Positions 57,568 through 64,000 of a stretch of DNA of 64,000 nucleotides are shown here, one piece after another. The position numbers were made by a program, and so were the translations under genes. The stretch lies in assembly GCA_046330055.1 (NCBI GenBank), contig JAXLTM010000002.1:56144-120143 (forward strand), given 5' to 3'. The notes under the pieces are model-generated. The model was not told the origin of the DNA. It did no database searches and saw nothing but the letters and a program-made list of their open reading frames with translations. Each line of letters opens with the position of its first letter. Position 1 is the stretch's first letter. Source of the DNA: Bacteroidia bacterium. GTDB lineage: Bacteria; Bacteroidota; Bacteroidia; AKYH767-A; 2013-40CM-41-45.

Positions 57568-58110
57568 TATGCTCTACCTCAAAGCACTCCACATAATCTT
57601 CGTCATTACATGGTTTGCGGGATTGTTTTACATAGTACGATTGTTCGTCTATCACGCCGAAGCCAATGAAAAAGCCAGAACCGGAACGCAGCATACTAAT
57701 TGAGCATTTCAAAGGTGCAGAGAGAAGGTTATGGTATGGCATTACCTGGCCATCAGCAATTGGAACAGCCATTTTCGGAATCTGGCTATGGCACGATATG
57801 TTTGCCTTCATGACTCCTGGTTGGATGTTGCTTAAACTAGGCTTCGTTGTCTTCCTTTTTATTTATCACTTCATGTGCGGACATATCTTGAAATTATTTC
57901 AGGCTGGTAATATTCGCTATTCAGGAATGAAAATGCGCATGTGGAATGAAGTGGCTACTCTTTTCTTGTCGCAATCGTCTTCATCGTCGTCCTCAAAGAC
58001 ATGCTAAGCTGGATCCCTGGCCTCATCGGACTCATCATTTTCTCCCTGGCAATCGTTGCAGGGATTAGGGTATATAAGAAAATAAGGGAAGGGAAGAAGA
58101 ATTCAAGCTA
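57568..58110 (+). CDS. hemJ: protoporphyrinogen IX oxidase HemJ (CopD-like), read through two single-base frameshifts
   Basis: Frame 1: MLYLKALHIIFVITWFAGLFYIVRLFVYHAEANEK. Frame 2 (the ORF-track entry 57666..58007): KPEPERSILIEHFKGAERRLWYGITWP...MRMWNEVATLFL. Frame 3: VAIVFIVVLKDMLSW...*. Both shifts are 1-nt deficits inside homopolymer runs (gaaaaag and cttttcttg). Confidence 0.7.
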
Positions 58111-58302
58111 AAAGTCAGAAGCCAAAAGCTAAAAAGAGTGAAAGAAATGAAGGAATAGCCCATGGTCAATACTCAAAAGTTCAATGTGAAAAGCCAAAAA
58201 ATAAAAACACTTTTGAGAGTTTGACTTGGAGCTTTTGCATGTTTGACCTGAAATTTTTTGATTTAATTTTTTCGCTTTTGGCTTTTGACTTTTGGCTTCT
58301 AT

Positions 58303-58641
58303 TCATCCTCCAACTCTCTTCACCCCATATCCCGCTTTCGTGAGTAAATCTGCGATTCTTTCGCGGTGGTCGCCCTGGATGAGGATTTCGCCATCTTTGA
58401 CAGTGCCGCCAACGCCGCACTTTGATTTTAATTCTTTGCCTAATTTTTCAAGATCTGCTTCCTTGCCGGTGAATCCTGTGATGAGAGTCACAGCTTTGCC
58501 GCCACGGTTTTTTCGGTCGAGCATGATCTTTAAATTTTGTGATGAAGGAGGTACTGAAGCCGATTCATGCGGGCGGGTGGTGTACTGAAAATTGGAATTG
58601 GTGGAATAAACGATTCCGCCGCTGTTGTCTTTTTTAGCCAT
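58303..58641 (-). CDS. translation initiation factor SUI1/YciH family
   Basis: ...[11 protein letters not shown]...[31 protein letters not shown]... is the SUI1 fold signature. Confidence 0.85.
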   Translation of the reverse strand: MAKKDNSGGIVYSTNSNFQYTTRPHESASVPPSSQNLKIMLDRKNRGGKAVTLITGFTGKEADLEKLGKELKSKCGVGGTVKDGEILIQGDHRERIADLLTKAGYGVKRVGG

Positions 58642-58645
58642 TGAA

Positions 58646-59008
58646 TTAAATCAGATTAAATACGCGTGGACCAAAGATAATACATCCGATGCATGCTGAG
58701 ACAAAGGAAACCACAAGCACTGCAGCTGCTGCAATGTCTTTTGACATCCCTGCTTTCTGATGATGTTCAGGCATTGCCAGATCAGCCGTGATTTCAATGG
58801 ATGTGTTGAGGAGTTCTGCTGCAATCACCGATGCAATGCAAAATAAAACGATGCACCATTCAATGGGTGAGAGTCTGAAGTATGCAGAGAAAGCCAGTAC
58901 AATGACGGCTATCAGAATATGCAATCTTAAATTGAACTGACTGCGAAATGCCGAAGCGATTCCTTTGGATGCAAAGGCAAAGCTTCTGAAGAATTTTTTG
59001 AAGATCAC
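58646..59008 (-). CDS. dgkA: diacylglycerol kinase (prokaryotic membrane DgkA type)
   Basis: 120 aa, three transmembrane segments and the ...[10 protein letters not shown]... motif. Confidence 0.8.
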   Translation of the reverse strand: MIFKKFFRSFAFASKGIASAFRSQFNLRLHILIAVIVLAFSAYFRLSPIEWCIVLFCIASVIAAELLNTSIEITADLAMPEHHQKAGMSKDIAAAAVLVVSFVSACIGCIIFGPRVFNLI

Positions 59009-59889
59009 GAATTGTGTTTTCTAACAGCCACATTTAACGACAGCGGTACCATCTTTATTTTGATGTCGCCTGTTAATTCGACCGGCTCGCCGTCGATGTG
59101 GCCTTTTATGTTTCCGGTATTCCTGACAAGAATTTCATGGCCTGTTAACCGGTCAAAGTAGTTGGAGCGATGAAGCGAATTATTCATCATCCGATAAACC
59201 AGGCCGGGGGCAGTGATGAGCGGAAATTTTTTAAGTATGCTGATGTCGATGATGCCATCCTTGATGTCAGCAAAAGGCGCTATGACAGCGTTGTTGCCGA
59301 ATTGTGAGGAATTGGCGAAGGTCAGGAGAAAACATTCCTTTACATATTCTTTTCCGTCAGCAACAATAGTGAAATCCCTTGAAGGATATTTGAAGAATTC
59401 CGTCAATACTAGTTTTACATAGGTAGAATACCCTCTGGTTCCCGCAACGGCAAAGAGATGTGCCACATGGGCATCAAATCCCAAACCGAATGTACCTGCA
59501 CAAAATCGTTCATTCACAAGCAATGTATCAATCCGATCAATCGTACAGTTGTTCAGCAGAGATACGGCGGCTTTAAAATCCATCGGTAATCCAAGATGTC
59601 TGGCTAAGCCATTGCCGGATCCCGTAGGAATAATTCCCATTGCCGTCTGAGTACCGATTAATCCGGCGCCTGCTTCATTGACTGAACCATCACCGCCAAC
59701 GACAACCACTATGTCAAATGCCTGCTCTGCCGCTTCTCTTGCTATTTCCGTAGCGTGATGCGGTGCTTTAGTGTAGGCAATGTCGAATTGATTCACGGAG
59801 GTATCAATACACTCTTTGATCCAGTCTGCAAAGTGCTCCTTCCGCGAAGCTCCGGAATTAGGATTAATGATGAATCGCAGTTTTTTCAT
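59005..59889 (-). CDS. YegS/DgkB-like lipid kinase (DAGK_cat domain)
   Basis: RFIINPNSG...VVVGGDGSVNEA...GIIPTGSGN. Confidence 0.8.
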   Translation of the reverse strand: MKKLRFIINPNSGASRKEHFADWIKECIDTSVNQFDIAYTKAPHHATEIAREAAEQAFDIVVVVGGDGSVNEAGAGLIGTQTAMGIIPTGSGNGLARHLGLPMDFKAAVSLLNNCTIDRIDTLLVNERFCAGTFGLGFDAHVAHLFAVAGTRGYSTYVKLVLTEFFKYPSRDFTIVADGKEYVKECFLLTFANSSQFGNNAVIAPFADIKDGIIDISILKKFPLITAPGLVYRMMNNSLHRSNYFDRLTGHEILVRNTGNIKGHIDGEPVELTGDIKIKMVPLSLNVAVRKHNS

Positions 59890-61795
59890 TGTATAGCTGA
59901 TAGGTCATCCTGTTTTCAATCATGGCATTATTGAAATTCTGGATGAATGCTTCTGTTCTTTGTTTCAGAGATTCCTCTGTTGGTTGACTTATTAATTTTC
60001 CCTGCACTTTTGCTACCGGCAGAAATGAATTTTTGGAAACTGAATCGAGTACAAAGGAATACCCTTGTGAAAGATACTGATAACTTTCATTGAGATAGCT
60101 GATCGAATATCCTGATGAAGCAGTGTCAAAAACACTCTTCCCAAATGCAAAATAAGGCTGATCGTAATGGAGGAAATCCATCACTGAAGGAATAATGTCG
60201 ATGTGTTGTGTGAAGTCATTGTAATCTCCGGCTAATGAATCACCGGGAAGGAAATACAAAACAGGAACGGCATACATTCCCGGACGTGTCTGGTAGAATT
60301 CTTTTTCGGACAAAGCTGTATGATCGGCCGTGAGGACAAACAAGGTGTTTTGATACCACGGCATGGATGAAACAGATTTAAAGAATTGCTTCAGAGAAAA
60401 ATCAGCATAACCGATTGCTTTGTGAATAGGCAAAGTGCCTTCAGGGAAGTCCTTTTTGTGTCTTTCAGGAATTGCAAATGGATGATGAGATGATAAGGTA
60501 AAAATGGTCGTACAAAATGGTTCTTTCATAGCATTCATTTCTACTGCACATCGTTGTAAGAATGGTTCATCATATATTCCCCAGTTGCCGTCAAAGTCGT
60601 CGTCGTTTGCATACTCTTTTCTGCCAAAATAATGGTCGTACCCTGCCAGTTTGGAGAAATTGTCGAAGCCCATTGTTCCATTGGTGCCGCCGTGAAAGAA
60701 GACTGAAGAATATCCTTTTTCATGAAGCAGTCCGGCCAGTGTAGTGATGGAATTGGAAGAATAGGCTGAGGTAATAAATGGTTCAGAGATCAGTGCAGGA
60801 ATACCGGCAGTAATTGCAGGGATGCCTTCAATGGATCGCTTGCCATTGGCAAAGGCATTCGTACACCAAAGTCCGTGTTTTGATAAGGAATCCAGAAACG
60901 GAGTATAACCTTTCCCGTTATTGAGACAACCTACGTATTCACTCCCGAAGCTTTCAAGAATGAGAACTACAACATTCAGTTTGCGAAACGATGCATCTTT
61001 TGAGGGAAGGTGAATGACCGGACTGATTTTTTCCGCTTCCTGTTCCGGCATAAACTGAACTTTTTGCAAAGTTGATTTTCCGAAAGATTTAAAAAATGTG
61101 AACGGAGTATTCAGAATAAGTGCTGTTTCTTTTGCACTTCCATAGCGACTTGCGGAAATAATCGATAGAGGTTTGAATTGTAGACCACCGCGGAAACCAA
61201 TAAATGTCAAGGCGAAAAAAAAGAATGCAACTAATCCCTTTCTCCAGCCATTGTTTTTCATGAATCGTGAAAAAATGTCAGGTTTTGAAAGTTGTGTTTT
61301 TGAAGACGGATATAACCTGATCAGGATGTAAAGCATTCCAAAGAGAAGAATCAGAACATACCAGTAATCAAGAATCATCTTGGGAACTGTATTCATGAAA
61401 TCTTCGCCGAAGGCCATGATCTTGATAACGTCGGAGGTAGCCCTTTTTCCCGAGAAACGGAACAGGCCAACGTCCATACAATTCAGTATAAGAAGGAAAA
61501 AGTTGATGATTACAAAGAGAGTCTTTACGATTGATCCCCAGATTCTCGAATAGAAAAATGGAAGAGGGAAGAGGTGCATGATGATAACAGGAAGATTACC
61601 AATGACAATCGCTGTAATGTCAAACCTCAATCCGTAGAAGAAGCCGGCGACGATATCAGAAAAAGCTGATTCGGAAAAGTAACTAAAGTTAAAGATCAGA
61701 AAGAGTAGTCGGGTAAAGGAAAAAAGTATAAGCACCAGCAGTAGTCGTTGAACCAGGAGGTAAAAGCTGCTCTTGTGCATTTGCATAGCTGACAA
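59864..61795 (-). CDS. LTA synthase (LtaS) / phosphoglycerol-transferase family sulfatase-fold membrane protein
   Basis: N-terminal polytopic membrane domain plus an extracytoplasmic sulfatase-like domain (...LILESFGSEYVG...HHPF...). Confidence 0.75.
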   Translation of the reverse strand: MSAMQMHKSSFYLLVQRLLLVLILFSFTRLLFLIFNFSYFSESAFSDIVAGFFYGLRFDITAIVIGNLPVIIMHLFPLPFFYSRIWGSIVKTLFVIINFFLLILNCMDVGLFRFSGKRATSDVIKIMAFGEDFMNTVPKMILDYWYVLILLFGMLYILIRLYPSSKTQLSKPDIFSRFMKNNGWRKGLVAFFFFALTFIGFRGGLQFKPLSIISASRYGSAKETALILNTPFTFFKSFGKSTLQKVQFMPEQEAEKISPVIHLPSKDASFRKLNVVVLILESFGSEYVGCLNNGKGYTPFLDSLSKHGLWCTNAFANGKRSIEGIPAITAGIPALISEPFITSAYSSNSITTLAGLLHEKGYSSVFFHGGTNGTMGFDNFSKLAGYDHYFGRKEYANDDDFDGNWGIYDEPFLQRCAVEMNAMKEPFCTTIFTLSSHHPFAIPERHKKDFPEGTLPIHKAIGYADFSLKQFFKSVSSMPWYQNTLFVLTADHTALSEKEFYQTRPGMYAVPVLYFLPGDSLAGDYNDFTQHIDIIPSVMDFLHYDQPYFAFGKSVFDTASSGYSISYLNESYQYLSQGYSFVLDSVSKNSFLPVAKVQGKLISQPTEESLKQRTEAFIQNFNNAMIENRMTYQLYNEKTAIHH

Positions 61796-61845
61796 AGTAA
61801 ATAATTTTTTGAAACACTTCTGTTAAGCCAGGTGACGGTATTTTT

Positions 61846-61888
61846 AAAAAGCACAAAGGCCGGTTAGAACCGGCCTTTGTGCTTTTAA
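61846..61888 (-). terminator. rho-independent terminator after the 61902..62582 lipoprotein gene
   Basis: aagcacaaaggccgg ttag aaccggcctttgtgctttt forms a perfect 15-bp GC-rich stem followed by a T-run on the minus strand. Confidence 0.8.
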
Positions 61889-61901
61889 AAACTTGATATC
61901 C

Positions 61902-62582
61902 TTACGAAGCAGCGTGAATCGTTATAAAGTATTCAGTGCTTGGTGTTGAAGTATGATCAATTAACTTCATTGGAGCGTCAATAATTGTTTGAGTTCCTGA
62001 GATTGTAATCGTGCCTTCACCGTTTCCAACGATTTCGAATGGGGATCCTGTACCGTTTGGATATTGGCTGTCAACAGAAACTTTGTTTCCATCGATAACA
62101 TGATAATAAATTGGTGCCGAGAAGAAAGCATTTGGAGACATTTTAAAGTCAAGCGGATCTGCTGATGATGTATCTACAATTGAAGCAAAAGTAGAATCAA
62201 AAGCGATACCGGCGAAAGAGTCATGCTCAGTACATGTATATGTTCCGGCAAGTAATGCACCGGACCAGGTAACTGTTACGGTACGGGTTGCAGTAGCCAC
62301 ATTACCTGCTTTATCAGAAGCAGTATAAGTAATGGTGTAAACGCCCGGAACGTTGATATTCGGGTTTGAAGAAGAAGCGTCAGATGTTACGGTAATCGTT
62401 CCGTCTTCATCGTCAGATGCTGTAGCACCCGCATCAGTGTAAGCAGTTCCTTTAACAATTGTAACAGACTGATCACCTGACAATGTGATAACTGGAGCTG
62501 TCGTGTCGTCCTTTGAGCACCCTGTCAGAATGCCAATGGTAAGTGCAAGCATTGAAATGCCGGCAAGAAGATTCTTTTTCAT
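61902..62582 (-). CDS. lipoprotein with Ig-like (DUF5011-type) domain
   Basis: MKKNLLAGISMLALTIGILTGCSKDD (lipobox) followed by ...GTAYTDAGATASDDEDGTITVTSD...PGVYTITYTASDKAGN.... Confidence 0.6.
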   Translation of the reverse strand: MKKNLLAGISMLALTIGILTGCSKDDTTAPVITLSGDQSVTIVKGTAYTDAGATASDDEDGTITVTSDASSSNPNINVPGVYTITYTASDKAGNVATATRTVTVTWSGALLAGTYTCTEHDSFAGIAFDSTFASIVDTSSADPLDFKMSPNAFFSAPIYYHVIDGNKVSVDSQYPNGTGSPFEIVGNGEGTITISGTQTIIDAPMKLIDHTSTPSTEYFITIHAAS

Positions 62583-62662
62583 GGTTATTTTGGTGTGTTT
62601 AATTTTCGACTGCGAAATTAGTGGATTTTCTAATTCAAGATCAGTTGTTAATTATTTTTTAA

Positions 62663-62691
62663 TTGCTCATATCAATAAAATTCTAACTTTG
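62663..62691 (+). promoter_or_regulatory. candidate Bacteroidetes sigma-A promoter (-33 TTG ... -7 TAnnTTTG) for the first small lipoprotein
   Basis: TTG at 62663-62665 and taactttg at 62684-62691, with an 18-nt spacer and 37 nt to the ATG. Confidence 0.4.
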
Positions 62692-62727
62692 CCCCCTCAC
62701 AAATTTTAACAACCCTACAAACACAAA

Positions 62728-63105
62728 ATGAAAAAAGTATTTGCATCCATTTTGGCTGTTGCTTTTACAGCCATCGTAGCGTGTGGACCAAGCGCCGAAG
62801 AAAAGGCAGCTAAAGAAAAAGCCACCCAGGATTCAATTGCAGCAGCAACACAAAAGGCAGTAAATGATTCAATCGCCGCCGCTACTCAGGCTGCAGCACA
62901 AGCCGCTCAGGATTCAATCAACAAGGCTATGGAAGCTGCAAAGGCGGATTCTATTGCAAAAGCTGAAGAAGCTGCCAAGAGCAAGCCAAAACCGGCTAAA
63001 AAGCCTACTCATGTTCAGGTAAAAGGCCCGGATGTTCGTACAGAACAAACCAAAAAGGCTGATGACAAGACTCAACAGTCAATAGATCGCTTCAAAAAGA
63101 AGTAA
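62728..63105 (+). CDS. small lipoprotein with roughly 12-residue Ala/Gln-rich amphipathic repeats (DSIAAATQ...)
   Basis: MKKVFASILAVAFTAIVACGPSAEEKAAKEKATQDSIAAATQKAVNDSIAAATQ.... Confidence 0.7.
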   Translation: MKKVFASILAVAFTAIVACGPSAEEKAAKEKATQDSIAAATQKAVNDSIAAATQAAAQAAQDSINKAMEAAKADSIAKAEEAAKSKPKPAKKPTHVQVKGPDVRTEQTKKADDKTQQSIDRFKKK

Positions 63106-63163
63106 TTTACCTCTTTTTAAGATATTCACAGGCAAATTGTTAATGAAATTTTTCATGTTTCTT

Positions 63164-63191
63164 TTGGATATATGAAAAATTATTACTTTTG
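63164..63191 (+). promoter_or_regulatory. candidate sigma-A promoter (-33 TTG ... -7 TAnnTTTG) for the second small lipoprotein
   Basis: TTG at 63164-63166 and tacttttg at 63184-63191, with a 17-nt spacer. Confidence 0.4.
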
Positions 63192-63224
63192 CGCCCATTA
63201 AATAAACAAACCTAAAATAAGAAA

Positions 63225-63446
63225 ATGAAAAAAGTTCTCTCTACTCTGTTGGCTGCCGGTTTCGTAGCTATCGTTGCTTGTGGTCCTAGCGCTGAAGAAA
63301 AAGCTGCTCAGGAAAAAGCAGTTCAGGATTCAATCGCTGCTGCTGAACAAGCTGCTGCTGCAACTCAGTCTGCAATGCAAGATTCTGCTTCTATGGCAGC
63401 TTCTACTGATTCAACTGCTATGGCAGCTGACACAACAAAGAAATAA
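63225..63446 (+). CDS. small lipoprotein, paralog of 62728..63105
   Basis: MKKVLSTLLAAGFVAIVACGPSAEEKAAQEKAVQDSIAAAEQAAAATQ.... Shares the N-terminal 35 aa with its neighbour and has strongly GCT-biased Ala codons. Confidence 0.7.
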   Translation: MKKVLSTLLAAGFVAIVACGPSAEEKAAQEKAVQDSIAAAEQAAAATQSAMQDSASMAASTDSTAMAADTTKK

Positions 63447-63480
63447 GGAACTCCCTTTTTCTTTCTGCAGAAAGATTAAA

Positions 63481-63516
63481 GAGGCTCTCACCAGGTGGGA
63501 GCCTCTTTTCTTTTTT
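63481..63516 (+). terminator. rho-independent terminator
   Basis: gaggctctcaccaggtgggagcctc followed by ttttctttttt. Confidence 0.8.
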
Positions 63517-63518
63517 AA

Positions 63519-63631
63519 GTAATTAGTAATTAGTAAGTAGTAAATAGAACATTATTTGTACTACTTACTACTTACTACTTACTAATTACTAATTACTAAT
63601 TACTACTTACTAATTACTAATCACTAATCAC
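63519..63631. repeat. heptamer-repeat hairpin with a 29-nt left arm (GTAATTA/GTAAGTA units), an 11-nt loop and an expanded right arm of about 73 nt (about 10 TACTTAC/TAATTAC units)
   Basis: gtaattagtaattagtaagtagtaaatag | aacattatttg | tactacttactacttactacttactaattactaattactaattactacttactaattactaatcactaatcac. Confidence 0.8.
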
Positions 63632-63765
63632 AAATTACTCTTTTTCATATCACATTTCTCACACCCGGCTTCGCCTTTTCCCTGACTTTGACGATAAAAG
63701 CGGCGAATGAGAAAGAAAAGGGCTGCCAGTCCGATAAGCCCTGCAACCAACAGTTGAATGTCCAT
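63628..63765 (-). CDS. FeoB-associated Cys-rich membrane protein (45 aa)
   Basis: Absent from the ORF track because it is under 60 aa. Reverse translation gives MDIQLLVAGLIGLAALFFLIRRFYRQSQGKGEAGCEKCDMKKSNL*, a single TM helix plus a CxxC C-terminus as in that family. Its stop lies inside the heptamer array. Confidence 0.6.
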   Translation of the reverse strand: MDIQLLVAGLIGLAALFFLIRRFYRQSQGKGEAGCEKCDMKKSNL

Positions 63766-63832
63766 AACCGTATTTCCTTACTCAAAGATACTAAGCATTT
63801 TTGGATAATTTTGCCGGCGAAATTAAGTTAAC

Positions 63833-64000
63833 ATGGATTTTAACCGCAGCGGACTGAGCGACACTGAGCTCAGGCATATTTATACTGAATTACTCAAACC
63901 CAGACTGATCGAAGAAAAAATGCTTGTTCTTCTTCGTCAGGGTAAAATCGCCAAATGGTTTTCCGGAATTGGTCAGGAAGCCATTGCTGTAGGCTGTGGT
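63833..64000 (+). CDS. TPP-dependent 2-oxoacid dehydrogenase E1 component, alpha subunit (N-terminal fragment; continues past the window end)
   Basis: MDFNRSGLSDTELRHIYTELLKPRLIEEKMLVLLRQGKIAKWFSGIGQEAIAVGCG matches the E1-alpha N-terminal region. Confidence 0.65.
   Translation, partial: MDFNRSGLSDTELRHIYTELLKPRLIEEKMLVLLRQGKIAKWFSGIGQEAIAVGCG

Noticed and set aside
57666-58007. Stand-alone 113-aa ORF
   Set aside because: It is the middle section of hemJ read in a shifted frame (see the hemJ feature), not an independent gene.
14991-63631. The heptamer arrays as a possible CRISPR array
   Set aside because: The units are 7 bp with no unique spacers, the loci are dispersed and no cas genes are present. 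They behave as microsatellite or hairpin repeats instead.
1-64000. Search for mobile elements, CRISPR and defence systems
   Set aside because: No transposase, integrase, recombinase or Cas proteins, no restriction-modification, toxin-antitoxin or abortive-infection signatures, and no phage structural genes were recognisable in any frame. The accessory-like stretch has no mobility genes.

Overview
This 64-kb window is chromosomal DNA from a Bacteroidetes-type genome. The evidence for that is T9SS type-B C-terminal domains, a bshA gene, split transketolase genes, TTG/TAnnTTTG-type promoters and overall AT-richness. Both strands are densely coded. Housekeeping genes identified: phoH, purC, an RsmB-family RNA methyltransferase, clpS, tRNA-Arg(ACG), priA, tpiA, prmA, plsY, bshA, hemJ, a SUI1/YciH-family factor and dgkA. 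Other recognisable genes: a glmM-like mutase, a cysteine desulfurase, the two transketolase halves and the start of a dehydrogenase E1-alpha gene. Envelope and surface content includes two giant T9SS/PKD adhesin-like proteins, a 2003-aa TPR-PD40-SPOR protein, a TonB-dependent receptor with a LytS/LytTR two-component pair, an ECF sigma module, a GH3/beta-lactamase fusion, an LtaS-like enzyme with two diacylglycerol kinases, and two tandem small lipoproteins. A stretch from about 13.4 to 22.3 kb is visibly more AT-rich and looks accessory or decaying. It holds paralogous VOC/PhnB-like genes with a pseudogene fragment, a roughly 110-bp duplicated intergenic element, a truncated and frameshifted GH37 trehalase remnant next to an otsB-otsA operon whose OtsA carries an N-terminal membrane sensor-like extension, and structured repeats. 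A genome-specific heptamer microsatellite-like repeat (TACTTAC/TAATTAC) forms long hairpins at three intergenic sites. No transposase, integrase, CRISPR array or recognisable defence system was found. Several apparent frameshifts (hemJ twice, an OstA-like gene once, the trehalase several times) could be real decay or assembly errors.
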